The position numbers and the translations under genes were made by a program. A stretch of DNA of 64,000 nucleotides, taken from the IMG/VR virus record IMGVR_UViG_3300027759_000043; one strand, 5' to 3'. Below the pieces are notes generated by a model, which ran no database searches, was not told the DNA's origin, and saw only the letters and a program-made list of their open reading frames with translations. Source of the stretch: a virus. Lineage: Duplodnaviria > Caudoviricetes. Positions 27,987-37,427 of the stretch are shown here, piece by piece; position 1 is the stretch's first letter; each line of letters begins with the position of its first letter.

Positions 27987-28435
27987 ACCAACGAGAGCAA
28001 GCCCTAACCGAACAACGTGAAAGAATCATGAGCCAGGCAGAACGAAAAATCTGGGTCACATTCCGCAAAGAAGGAATACATTGCTATCCTGCGGCAGCAA
28101 CTGATCCTGCACTAAAGACCGGAGATGAATATGATGTGAGTTTCTTAGGAACTCCACATCGTCACATATTCCACTTTAGAGTGTGGATTGATGTGCTACA
28201 CAATGATCGCGACATTGAGTTTATTCAATTCAAACGCTGGTTAGAAAACTTATACAAGGATGGCATCCTGCAACTGGACTATAAAAGTTGTGAAATGATG
28301 GCTGACGACTTGTATATACAAATTGCTGGTCGATATCCTGATCGTGCAGTATGGATCGAGATTGCCGAAGACGGTGAGAACGGTGCCTTGATCAAATATG
28401 AACTCTCTCGCCCTAGTTTATCAATTAAATTTTAA
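27983..28435 (+). CDS. dpdL: QueD-paralog T-fold protein, DpdL-like (putative CDG decarboxylase)
   Basis: LGTPHRHIF = LxxxHRHxF; DIEF, SCE, EDGENGA T-fold motifs; a separate queD is present. Confidence 0.65.
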   Translation: MNQREQALTEQRERIMSQAERKIWVTFRKEGIHCYPAAATDPALKTGDEYDVSFLGTPHRHIFHFRVWIDVLHNDRDIEFIQFKRWLENLYKDGILQLDYKSCEMMADDLYIQIAGRYPDRAVWIEIAEDGENGALIKYELSRPSLSIKF

Positions 28436-28445
28436 GGAAAACAAA

Positions 28446-28667
28446 ATGGCCAAGCCACAAATCAAACACAACCCACGTACTCAACAAGTTTGGGAGGATC
28501 TGGATCGCTATCGCGAGTTCGTGCAAGACTATGGATATCGCTTCAACGAAGCGGACTTGTACAACTTCCGCAGTTATGCGTTTCAGCAGTTCAACAAACA
28601 TGTGCAAGGCAAGACTGCCAAGAACATGTGGGATGAGGACACACGTCGCTTTGCTTCAAGATTCTAA
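28446..28667 (+). CDS. Hypothetical protein
   Basis: Start MAKPQIK after AAGGA SD. Confidence 0.8.
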   Translation: MAKPQIKHNPRTQQVWEDLDRYREFVQDYGYRFNEADLYNFRSYAFQQFNKHVQGKTAKNMWDEDTRRFASRF

Positions 28668-28680
28668 CATCAGTTGAAGC

Positions 28681-29391
28681 ATGAAGCAAATGAGCATTGA
28701 GAATTTAGAATCTCAAATACAAAAATTCTATGGAGAAATCAAATTTCCCGGACTGTATACTTTAGAAGATTTTGAAATTTACAACGCTCATTTGTTCAAC
28801 CCATTTCTTACGCAAATTGAGCAAGGAATAACAAAATGTAAAAGAGTATTAGATATAGGCTGTGGTAGCGGTATGATTGTAAATCTTCTGGCATATCGCA
28901 ATCCTGACATACAGTTCGATGCCGTGGATTTTTCTGACAGTATCGATTTTGCTCTTGATTTTAGTACCAAACATAATATCCAAAATGTGAGATTTTATAA
29001 AATGAACTTTTTTGAGTTCCAATCAAAATCTACATATGATGCTGTGATATGTAATGGGGTATTGCATCATATACCAGATTATTTGAATGCAATCAAACGC
29101 ATTGATCATTTGCTGGAAAAAAATGGTAAACTTGTTGTTGGCCTATATAATCCGTATGGGAAATTAGCAAAGAAACTGTTTCCTATCAATTATGCAAATC
29201 AAATTTTGTTCTTGGATCAAGAGAAAGCACCATTCGAATACACATTCAATTATAAACAGGTCAAATCTCTTTTTAAACAATACACTCTGGAAAAAGTATA
29301 TCCTAGTGTGATTAACCGACTGGTTGACTTAACAAACATTTTCAACTATACTAATGGTGGGCTTACAATTTATACTTTTAGGAAAAATTAA
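28681..29391 (+). CDS. Class I SAM-dependent methyltransferase
   Basis: VLDIGCGSG, YDAVICNGVLHH. Confidence 0.85.
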   Translation: MKQMSIENLESQIQKFYGEIKFPGLYTLEDFEIYNAHLFNPFLTQIEQGITKCKRVLDIGCGSGMIVNLLAYRNPDIQFDAVDFSDSIDFALDFSTKHNIQNVRFYKMNFFEFQSKSTYDAVICNGVLHHIPDYLNAIKRIDHLLEKNGKLVVGLYNPYGKLAKKLFPINYANQILFLDQEKAPFEYTFNYKQVKSLFKQYTLEKVYPSVINRLVDLTNIFNYTNGGLTIYTFRKN

Positions 29392-29395
29392 TATC

Positions 29396-30574
29396 ATGAG
29401 AAAATTGTTTTACATGGGCTTGGAAAGTTATCAAGGCCGCTATACACTACAACTAACAGAGTGGAACAAGCGAGTTTTTGACCGCAGAGGTCTTGACGTG
29501 GTTTATGTTCCTGGCATCACTATTGACAACACACAGGCCATATCAGTTGGGCAGGTGTTGGATGCACATGGTCGCAGTTACTTTGGCATGAGCCAGATGA
29601 TGAATTTGGTTCAATTGATGAAGAACGGAGAAGTTACCAATGAAGATGTTATCTACTTTGAAGACATGTTTCAACCTGGAATCGAGAGCCTACCCTATAT
29701 TCTTGATCAAGTTCCTGCTAGTCAACGTCCCCGCGTATATGTTAGGTGTCTTGCTCAGTCCATTGATCCTGATGATTTCGTACATGTATGGGGTCTGGCG
29801 AAATGGATGGGACTCTACGAACAAATGGTTAATGAGTTTGCGACAGGAGTTCTCGCCACGAACGAAGAGATGGTTGCTCATATGCGTATTGCTGGATGGC
29901 GTGCTCCTATATACAATATTAGTGGCCTAGCATTTGGCAAGCAAGAAGTATTGGAACGTATTGACGGTGCCAACAACATTCGACCATTCCATGACCGTCA
30001 ACTGCGTGTGGGCTTTGCCGCAAGATTTGACCAAGAGAAACAACCGGGCTTCTTCATGGACTTGGCCGAGCAGTATCAAAAGACTGACCCCAGTGTGAAG
30101 TTTGCTATCTTTCAAGGTGGTCCACTGAGATCAAATAATCTAGACTATGTGTATCGTGCTCGGGCATTGGCAGCCGCAGGCTTGTTGGAAATACATGAGA
30201 ATCTAAACAAAAATGATTACTACGCTTTGCTTAATGATACTCGTTGTCTCTTCAATTGCGCCCTTCAGGATTGGGTCAGCAACACCGTGTCTGAGGCTGA
30301 CACTTTGGGCTGTAACGTTCTTTACCCTGCTTATCGTAGTTTCCCTGAAACCTTTGCTAATGATCCAGAACGTCTTTATGTTCCTTGGAGCATGACAGAT
30401 GCCATGAACAAGTTGGATCCGTTGTTGGTCTCTCCGCATACTAGCATGGGTCGTATCAGCGACTGGAACGATGGCACAGTCGATCGCATTGTGGATATTA
30501 TTGAAGGTTCTGGAGAGAAGTGGAATCGTTCAGGTAACAGATATCGTAATCATATAGCAGGGGCCAAATACTAA
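29396..30574 (+). CDS. GT-B fold glycosyltransferase
   Basis: GFAARFDQEK, CALQDWVSNTVSEADTLGCNVL, FPE C-terminal nucleotide-sugar-binding pattern; start MRKLFY. Confidence 0.75.
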   Translation: MRKLFYMGLESYQGRYTLQLTEWNKRVFDRRGLDVVYVPGITIDNTQAISVGQVLDAHGRSYFGMSQMMNLVQLMKNGEVTNEDVIYFEDMFQPGIESLPYILDQVPASQRPRVYVRCLAQSIDPDDFVHVWGLAKWMGLYEQMVNEFATGVLATNEEMVAHMRIAGWRAPIYNISGLAFGKQEVLERIDGANNIRPFHDRQLRVGFAARFDQEKQPGFFMDLAEQYQKTDPSVKFAIFQGGPLRSNNLDYVYRARALAAAGLLEIHENLNKNDYYALLNDTRCLFNCALQDWVSNTVSEADTLGCNVLYPAYRSFPETFANDPERLYVPWSMTDAMNKLDPLLVSPHTSMGRISDWNDGTVDRIVDIIEGSGEKWNRSGNRYRNHIAGAKY

Positions 30575-31521
30575 TGAATGTTATAGTTACCGGATCAGGC
30601 GGCTACATCGGTGGCCAAATCATGTTGCAGTTGAAGGATGCAGGACACACAGTATACGGCATTGATCGACAGCAACCTCCCAAACACTTGTTGGGTGTAT
30701 GTGACAAATTCTTGTATCAGGACTTTGCGTCAGATGTGGCCTTGAGTTGGATCATTGCCAAACAACCTGATGCTATTGTTCACTGTGCTGGTACCAGTCT
30801 TGTGGGTCCGAGCATGAAGAATCCCAGTGACTACTACAACAACAATGTGGTCAAGACTTTAAAGTTGCTAGATATTGTTAAAAACAGTCTGCCCCGAACA
30901 AGATTTATCTTTAGTTCTAGCGCAGCCACATACGGCGAACCCATTATAAATCCTTGCCAGGAGGTGGATCCTTGTGAGCCAGTTTCACCTTATGGCCAAA
31001 GCAAACTCATGGTAGAACAGATACTAGCAAGTTATCACCAAGCATACAATTTGGATTATGTGGCATTCCGTTATTTCAATGCTTGCGGTGCTGACAGTCG
31101 GGGTAGACATGGCCAAGCACCTGGCGCCACACACATCATTGCTCGTGTGCTGGAAAACATTAGAGATCAAAAAGAGTTTGTGTTAAACGGCGACGATTTT
31201 CCTACTGAGGATGGCACATGTGTGCGTGACTATGTACATGTGGAGGACATTGCAGGTGCTCATGTGTTGGCCTTGGATCGAAAAATAGAGCCAGGTGTTT
31301 ACAATCTTGGTTCCAACATGGGCACAAGCAATCGAGGCATCATCGAAGCCGCACTAGATGAAACACAACGACCTTTGAATGTTGTGGTGGGTGATCGTCG
31401 TGAGGGAGATCCTGCTGTGTTAACAGCCAGTGATGCAAAGTTTGCGTCGATTGTGGGCAAGTGGCGGCATCATATTTTAGATGACATAATCCGCCACTCG
31501 TGGGCGTGGTATGTTCGATAG
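30574..31521 (+). CDS. galE: UDP-glucose 4-epimerase
   Basis: TGSGGYIG, SSSAATYG, YGQSK, RYFNACG, RDYVHVED. Confidence 0.92.
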   Translation: MNVIVTGSGGYIGGQIMLQLKDAGHTVYGIDRQQPPKHLLGVCDKFLYQDFASDVALSWIIAKQPDAIVHCAGTSLVGPSMKNPSDYYNNNVVKTLKLLDIVKNSLPRTRFIFSSSAATYGEPIINPCQEVDPCEPVSPYGQSKLMVEQILASYHQAYNLDYVAFRYFNACGADSRGRHGQAPGATHIIARVLENIRDQKEFVLNGDDFPTEDGTCVRDYVHVEDIAGAHVLALDRKIEPGVYNLGSNMGTSNRGIIEAALDETQRPLNVVVGDRREGDPAVLTASDAKFASIVGKWRHHILDDIIRHSWAWYVR

Positions 31522-32461
31522 TCCAGAAATTTTTTATTTCAACAAACCAAAAGATGTCATATTTGATGATAATTGGGTTTTAGATTATGACAAAATTGCC
31601 AAACTCAAAGATTATAAATTAGTAATTGCTGATTTCAGTCCTGATCATTATGGAGTCGATGGTCTGGATCATGTGTACCAGGCCTTGGATCAACAGCAAG
31701 TAAACTTTTTGTTGTTGTCGCATGACCCACTGGACCATAAACGTTTTGAACGAATGTGGTTCTATCCAACTTGGTATCATTGGGCCAGGAAAAATTTAAA
31801 AACTAAAAATTCTCAGTCATTAGACAAAACCTACAAATGGAGTTGTTTAAATGCCAACCCAAGAAATCATCGTATATACAATTATTATTGCTTGCATCAA
31901 AAATCCTATTTCCATGATGCATGCTTTACTTTCTACAATGGTGGGGCAACAAGAGCGGATGATGTGCCACTGGATGATGAAGTAACACAATTCTGGAACA
32001 ATATCAAGCAAACTTTGCCCCACAGTAGTACAATATTTTCAAACGGTTATCCAATAGCAGATTGTAATCTTCCTGCTTGTTATGATTCCTATATTCAGTT
32101 GGTAGTAGAGACTACCATAATTGAAAAAATGTTTGTGAGTGAAAAAACTTGGAAGCCAATTGCCTCTGGACAACTTTTTTTAATCTTTGGCAATCCCGGA
32201 ACAGTAAGTTATCTCAGAAATCAAGGAGTGGATGTATTTGACGATTTGATAGATCACAGTTACGATCACACACTAGATTGGAAATTGAGACTACATCAAA
32301 TACATCAACAATTGGAAATTTTGATTTGTCAAGATCTGCGAAAAATCTATCAAGACACACGCGAGCGACGTGAGATCAACAGGCAAAAATTTCTTTCAGG
32401 AGCCTTTGATCAACGTAATCACTATTTAGAACAATGCATCAAGACGTACCTACAAATCTAA
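31511..32461 (+). CDS. Putative glycosyltransferase (GT10-like C-terminus)
   Basis: FVSEKTWKPI...LFLIFG...LRNQGVDVFDDLIDHSYD. Confidence 0.55.
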   Translation: MFDSPEIFYFNKPKDVIFDDNWVLDYDKIAKLKDYKLVIADFSPDHYGVDGLDHVYQALDQQQVNFLLLSHDPLDHKRFERMWFYPTWYHWARKNLKTKNSQSLDKTYKWSCLNANPRNHRIYNYYCLHQKSYFHDACFTFYNGGATRADDVPLDDEVTQFWNNIKQTLPHSSTIFSNGYPIADCNLPACYDSYIQLVVETTIIEKMFVSEKTWKPIASGQLFLIFGNPGTVSYLRNQGVDVFDDLIDHSYDHTLDWKLRLHQIHQQLEILICQDLRKIYQDTRERREINRQKFLSGAFDQRNHYLEQCIKTYLQI

Positions 32462-32502
32462 ATTGCTATTAGTTTTTATCTTAAATAAATTATCAATCAA
32501 AG

Positions 32503-33117
32503 ATGATCAAACTAGAAGATTACTCAAATCCTTTCCAAGCAATATTTGACTTTGAAACAGCAGTGGCCAAATTTACTGGCGCACCTTATTGTATCTCTAC
32601 AGATTGTTGTACTCATGCAATCGAAATAGCATTTAGACTAAGTGACTATGAAGATTGGGTCACATTCCCTGCGTATACATATCTTAGTGTTCCTATGACC
32701 ATGCACAAGTTAAATATTCCGTATCAGTTGACCGACAACAAATGGAAAGACTACTATAAGTTTGAAGGCAGTCGCGTATGGGACTGTGCTCGTTATTTTA
32801 AACCGGATATGTATGTGGCAGGAAGCATACAGTGCATTAGTTTTGGACGGAGTAAACCGTTGGAAATTGGCCAAGGTGGATGTATACTAACCGATGATGC
32901 TGAAATATATCGCAAGGCCAGCATGATGCGGTACGATGGTCGAGATCTGCGCATCGGCCCATGGATTGAACAAAAAGAATTTCAAGTAGGTTATCATTAT
33001 TACATGCGGCCTGAAGAATGTGTCACTGGACTTAACTTACTGGCAGAAAAAAAATTTACCACGCAACTGGATAAACATTTTGTTTATCCAGATGTTAGCA
33101 GTATATCCATTAAGTAG
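32503..33117 (+). CDS. Short DegT/DnrJ/EryC1-family PLP aminotransferase
   Basis: STDCCTHAI, WDCAR, ISFGRSKPLEIGQGGCILTDD. Confidence 0.75.
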   Translation: MIKLEDYSNPFQAIFDFETAVAKFTGAPYCISTDCCTHAIEIAFRLSDYEDWVTFPAYTYLSVPMTMHKLNIPYQLTDNKWKDYYKFEGSRVWDCARYFKPDMYVAGSIQCISFGRSKPLEIGQGGCILTDDAEIYRKASMMRYDGRDLRIGPWIEQKEFQVGYHYYMRPEECVTGLNLLAEKKFTTQLDKHFVYPDVSSISIK

Positions 33118-33128
33118 ACTTTGCACGT

Positions 33129-33731
33129 ATGAAAATACTATTATTAGGAGATAGTTTTGGGGCAGATTGGACTGTGAAATATCCAGATCAAGTGGGCTGG
33201 CCTAATTTGCTGTCCAGAGAGTATGAGGTGGATAATCAATGCCAGGCAGGTAGTAGTGAATTCCGAATTCAGACACAATTGGTCAAACATTCATCAGATG
33301 ATGTTACACACTGCATTGTGGTTCATACAAGTCCCTATCGATTGCCAGTGGAACACAATCCACTGCACAAAGACGACTGCTTGCATCATTCTTGCGATTT
33401 TATATATAGTGATGTGGCAGAATCCGATAACTCTCAAGTTAACTGTGTTAAAGAATATTATGAAAAATATTTTTTTGATGAGTTCTTTTTGTACATACAC
33501 AAGTTGATTGTCAGCGATATCAGTCGCACTCTCAAAGAAAAAAATATACCTAGTTTGCACATCACATTCTTTGACAATGGTGATGAGCAGATTGACATCA
33601 ACTATAATAAGTTGTTTGTTAAATCCCCGGGAGTGATAAATCATTTGTCATCTGAGGCAAATAAACAAGTATTTGATGATATAAAAAAATGGATCGACAA
33701 TGTTGATGCTATTTTACCTTTTGTCAAATAA
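33129..33731 (+). CDS. SGNH hydrolase-like protein
   Basis: LLGDSFG; G.SEFRI; NHLS..AN. Confidence 0.65.
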   Translation: MKILLLGDSFGADWTVKYPDQVGWPNLLSREYEVDNQCQAGSSEFRIQTQLVKHSSDDVTHCIVVHTSPYRLPVEHNPLHKDDCLHHSCDFIYSDVAESDNSQVNCVKEYYEKYFFDEFFLYIHKLIVSDISRTLKEKNIPSLHITFFDNGDEQIDINYNKLFVKSPGVINHLSSEANKQVFDDIKKWIDNVDAILPFVK

Positions 33732-33745
33732 GATAAAAATCTTTC

Positions 33746-33774
33746 TTGACAACACAATCTAAATACTATACAAT
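33746..33774 (+). promoter_or_regulatory. Dual early/late promoter for folE
   Basis: TTGACA-17-TACAAT with TAAATA in the spacer. Confidence 0.7.
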
Positions 33775-33812
33775 ACAACAAAGACATCTACGTTTTGTAA
33801 CTTGGAGAAAAA

Positions 33813-34550
33813 ATGACAGAACCAGTAACACTCAACAATGTTGACAACAAAGGCTACGAAGAGGCATACCTAGCAGACGCTATCCGTTGCAAAATGCAAC
33901 GTGATAACAAACGTTTTTGGGCCGGAGACAACATCAGTGATTATGTAAACGAACAAACCAAAACACAACTGATCGACGAAGCAACCAAGGCATTTGAAGG
34001 TGTTTTGGATGCATTGCTAATCGATCGTGAGAATGATCCCAACAGCAAAGGTACAGCACGACGTTTGGCCAAGATGTACTTTAATGAAATAATGGCAGGT
34101 AGATATGAACAGTCACCAAACGCTACGGCTTTCCCAAATGATACAGACGGTGCATACGAAGGCATGTTGGTCGTTCGTTCAGAACTCAAAAGCATGTGCT
34201 CGCACCATCACCAACCTGTGTCGGGTGTGGCTTATATTGGAATCATTGCTGGACCCAAACTTATCGGACTCAGCAAGTATACACGTATCGCTCAGTGGTG
34301 TGCTCGGAGAGGAACCTTACAAGAAGAACTATGCATGGATATTGCTCGAGAGATTGGAACTGCCACTGGGTCATCCGATGTTGCGGTTTATATACAGGCT
34401 ACCCACGGATGTTGTGAGAATCGCGGTATTATGGCACACAGTAGTCTCACGCAAACTACAGTACTCCATGGTGCATTCAAGACCGACCCAAGTGTGAAGA
34501 AAGAATTTTTTGACAACATCAAACTTCAACAAGAGTTTGCACCAAGGTAA
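33813..34550 (+). CDS. folE: GTP cyclohydrolase I
   Basis: SMCSHHHQP, GLSKYTRI, LQEE, HGCCENRG. Confidence 0.95.
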   Translation: MTEPVTLNNVDNKGYEEAYLADAIRCKMQRDNKRFWAGDNISDYVNEQTKTQLIDEATKAFEGVLDALLIDRENDPNSKGTARRLAKMYFNEIMAGRYEQSPNATAFPNDTDGAYEGMLVVRSELKSMCSHHHQPVSGVAYIGIIAGPKLIGLSKYTRIAQWCARRGTLQEELCMDIAREIGTATGSSDVAVYIQATHGCCENRGIMAHSSLTQTTVLHGAFKTDPSVKKEFFDNIKLQQEFAPR

Positions 34551-34553
34551 CTT

Positions 34554-34748
34554 GTGTTAGAATTAATTATTGCCGTGACAATAGGGTTTATGTTGGGCTT
34601 GACCTATCGTCAAGAACGCCTAATCCATCAATACTACAAAACACGAGACGAAATAGAACAAGAACTTTTCAAAGAGTTATCGTACTATCGAAATCTCAGT
34701 GAGAGTTTAAAACAAGATTTACACGAACTTAAAACGAGGAAAAAATGA
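34554..34748 (+). CDS. Small membrane-anchored coiled-coil protein
   Basis: Hydrophobic N-terminus. Confidence 0.65.
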   Translation: MLELIIAVTIGFMLGLTYRQERLIHQYYKTRDEIEQELFKELSYYRNLSESLKQDLHELKTRKK

Positions 34749-34858
34749 GTTGCATTTCCAATCACGACGGATCTATTCAACTGCCTGTGGAACCAGGGCT
34801 GTTGGAATGGTTACAACAACACTATCCACATTCACAATATCATTTGACTACTATATGA
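34745..34858 (+). CDS. 37-aa protein (homolog of 9703-9822)
   Basis: MSCISNHDGSIQLPVEPGLLEWLQQHYPHSQYHLTTI; ATGA overlaps at both ends. Confidence 0.7.
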   Translation: MSCISNHDGSIQLPVEPGLLEWLQQHYPHSQYHLTTI

Positions 34859-35256
34859 AATACCAAACACTAGAATCAGCACAGGCCGCTGGAGCGGCAC
34901 CTTGGGATCTAAAGATAGATGAACTGTCGGACTTTCATGTCACTGTGTTCCGAGATCGCTTCCCAGTCACTAACGGTCATTTGCTGTTTGTGCCCAACTT
35001 CAACACACCTGAAGTGATCAACGAAGCATTTTACAGTGCTCAATTGGCTGGAGAGTCAATGATTAACTTGGGTGAGTGTGATGCCTACAACATTGGTATC
35101 AATCAAGGACCAGCCGCTGGACAAACTGTAATGTATCCACATGTTCATTTGATTCCTCGCAAAACTGGTGACTGCACAGACCCTATTGGTGGTGTGCGTG
35201 GGGTCATTCCTGCACAACAAAACTATAAAACTGGTGGCTACAAACAGCCAGTATAA
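34855..35256 (+). CDS. HIT-family nucleotide hydrolase
   Basis: DRFPVTNGHLL, YNIGINQG..AGQTV..HVHLIP histidine triad. Confidence 0.88.
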   Translation: MKYQTLESAQAAGAAPWDLKIDELSDFHVTVFRDRFPVTNGHLLFVPNFNTPEVINEAFYSAQLAGESMINLGECDAYNIGINQGPAAGQTVMYPHVHLIPRKTGDCTDPIGGVRGVIPAQQNYKTGGYKQPV

Positions 35257-35325
35257 ATATTTCTTTAAGCGGTATTGACGTCACATACTCTGCCGCCTAG
35301 ACTATAATTGACATATAAGGATAAC

Positions 35326-36027
35326 ATGGTAAATCAGTTGCAACTTAATCCATATAACGAAGAAATATGTAGAGAAGTTGTTGAATTTTTTAAAGAGAAA
35401 ATCAAAAACAAATACGGAAAGTTTACAGTAAATGATTTCCGTAAATTTTATAAGTCCGACGATAATGCGCATTCTTGCGAGACTCCCAGGTACTCAGTGG
35501 TATTCGGACTTATTCCGTGTTCATCTTTTTATTATCTAAATAAATTATTAGAAATAGAACCATTGGAAATTGCAGACATCGGGTGTGGTATGAATTTTTT
35601 TAAAGATATAGTTCCCGGAATCACAGGTTTCGATGGACATGGAAAATGGCGTGATGTCAATGACGTATTTGATGATGACTTTATTACCGGACATACAGAT
35701 TTTTTCCAGTGTGCATTTTCTATCGATGCGCTACATTTTGTTCCAATAACAAATTTTTATAAACGAGTGTTAGATTTTGCAAATATTATAAAACCCAGAG
35801 GCAGAGGATATCTTGCGATGAATATGGCTCGGATGGTTGAACAGACAGATAAAAAAATTTTAAAAGAGTTGTTTAATACCGAAGACCCCAATAACAATCA
35901 ACTTTCGGACTATATAAATCAAAAAATTAAAATGTTACCTTTAAATTTTTTAGTTATTGATAATTTAATTACAGAAATATACGATGAACCTATAGATGGA
36001 AATATTAGATTAGTATTTGAAAAATAA
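35326..36027 (+). CDS. Methyltransferase-like protein
   Basis: IADIGCG, CAFSIDALHF, IKPRGRG. Confidence 0.6.
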   Translation: MVNQLQLNPYNEEICREVVEFFKEKIKNKYGKFTVNDFRKFYKSDDNAHSCETPRYSVVFGLIPCSSFYYLNKLLEIEPLEIADIGCGMNFFKDIVPGITGFDGHGKWRDVNDVFDDDFITGHTDFFQCAFSIDALHFVPITNFYKRVLDFANIIKPRGRGYLAMNMARMVEQTDKKILKELFNTEDPNNNQLSDYINQKIKMLPLNFLVIDNLITEIYDEPIDGNIRLVFEK

Positions 36028-36033
36028 ATATTC

Positions 36034-36100
36034 AGCGGTCTCGGACATCATTCCCGCTTTACAAACTCTGCTGTCTATGCTATAATTTAACATAGGAGAA
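36034..36100 (+). promoter_or_regulatory. Candidate preQ1-I-like riboswitch / structured leader of queD, overlapping a sigma70 promoter
   Basis: P1 AGCGG/CCGCU, loop U...C, A-rich tail; also TTTACA-17-TATAAT at 36058-36086. Confidence 0.5.
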
Positions 36101-36105
36101 ACAGC

Positions 36106-36603
36106 ATGACACCCGTAACTTACAAATACACTTCAACCAAAGAATACCACGATGCATTTCCGTGCGCCTACAGACAATGGAGAGCCGACAGCCATTGTAA
36201 TTTGATACACGGCTATTCGTTCTCAATGAAGTTTTACTTTGGTACAAACGACCTAGACGTTCGTAACTGGGCCGCTGATTATGGTGGTCTCAAAGAACTT
36301 AAAAACGTACTAGAAGATCAATTTGATCACACATTGTTGGTTGCTGAAGATGATCCTGAACTGGAACTCTACAAAGAAATGCAACGTCGCAACATTGCCA
36401 AACTAACTATATTACCCCGACTTGGATGCGAAGGTCTTGCTGACCAACTGTACCGGTTTGTTAATGGCGTTTACATTCCTGACTTTTGGGGGCAGGGTGA
36501 AGCAGAGCGACTCTGGTGCTATCGTGTAGAAGTACGCGAAACACAGAGTAATATGGCTTTCCGAGAAGGCCATAGAGAATGGAATGAAGATTTATTTGCA
36601 TGA
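36106..36603 (+). CDS. queD: 6-carboxy-5,6,7,8-tetrahydropterin synthase
   Basis: CNLIHGY, FDH, GCEGLA, VRET...A. Confidence 0.88.
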   Translation: MTPVTYKYTSTKEYHDAFPCAYRQWRADSHCNLIHGYSFSMKFYFGTNDLDVRNWAADYGGLKELKNVLEDQFDHTLLVAEDDPELELYKEMQRRNIAKLTILPRLGCEGLADQLYRFVNGVYIPDFWGQGEAERLWCYRVEVRETQSNMAFREGHREWNEDLFA

Positions 36604-37427
36604 GCACGGATATTTCAATTTTGTTGCCCACACGTGGTAGATCAGACATGCTCATGCGTAGTCTCTCCAGCCTACATGATTTGGCCACTGACTTTTCCAC
36701 AATCGAACTTGTACTAGGTATGGACAATAATGATACCATTGGACTTGAATATCTGTTGCATCATGTCATACCCTGGATTGAAACACATAATATATCACAC
36801 AAGATTGTGATATTTGAGCCCATGGGCTATCACAATCTGCATCGCTATCTAAACGGCCTGGCTGAAAACAGCCAAGGTGGGTGGATGTTCTTCTGGAACG
36901 ATGATGCTGTAATGACGACTCAAGGATGGGATACTTACATACGTGCCAAGATTGGCGAATTTAAATTGTTAAGTGTAATAACACACAACGAACATCCTTA
37001 TTCAATTTTTCCTATCATTCCACGTGCGTGGTTTGAAACACTGGGACACATTAGTCAACACAGCCTCAATGATGCCTGGGTCAGTTGTATTGCCTATGCT
37101 CTGGACATCTTTGAACGCTTGCCCATCTACTGTAATCATGAACGTGCTGACCTCACAGGTACCAACAATGATGCAACTTATCAGCAGAGAATAGTACTTG
37201 AAGGCGATCGGAGTAATCCTCTAGACTTTAACTATCCAAGCGTGGTTGAACTTAGAATGCAAGATGCAGCCAAACTGGCGCAATGGTTGCAGGATGTGAA
37301 GAATCAAGACATGAGTTTCTTTGCAGAGTGTTGCGAAGGCACAAGAGATCCCTGGGTCAAAATGCGGGCTAACGACCCTAATCAACAAGTTATTAGTATG
37401 ACTGTGGACCGATTAAATAAAGCATGA
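36600..37427 (+). CDS. GT-A (family 2-like) glycosyltransferase
   Basis: ISILLPTRGR, WMFFWNDDA (DxD-like). Confidence 0.8.
   Translation: MSTDISILLPTRGRSDMLMRSLSSLHDLATDFSTIELVLGMDNNDTIGLEYLLHHVIPWIETHNISHKIVIFEPMGYHNLHRYLNGLAENSQGGWMFFWNDDAVMTTQGWDTYIRAKIGEFKLLSVITHNEHPYSIFPIIPRAWFETLGHISQHSLNDAWVSCIAYALDIFERLPIYCNHERADLTGTNNDATYQQRIVLEGDRSNPLDFNYPSVVELRMQDAAKLAQWLQDVKNQDMSFFAECCEGTRDPWVKMRANDPNQQVISMTVDRLNKA

Noticed and set aside
35275-35308. Sigma70 promoter TTGACG...TATAAT
   Set aside because: The spacer is 22 nt, too long.
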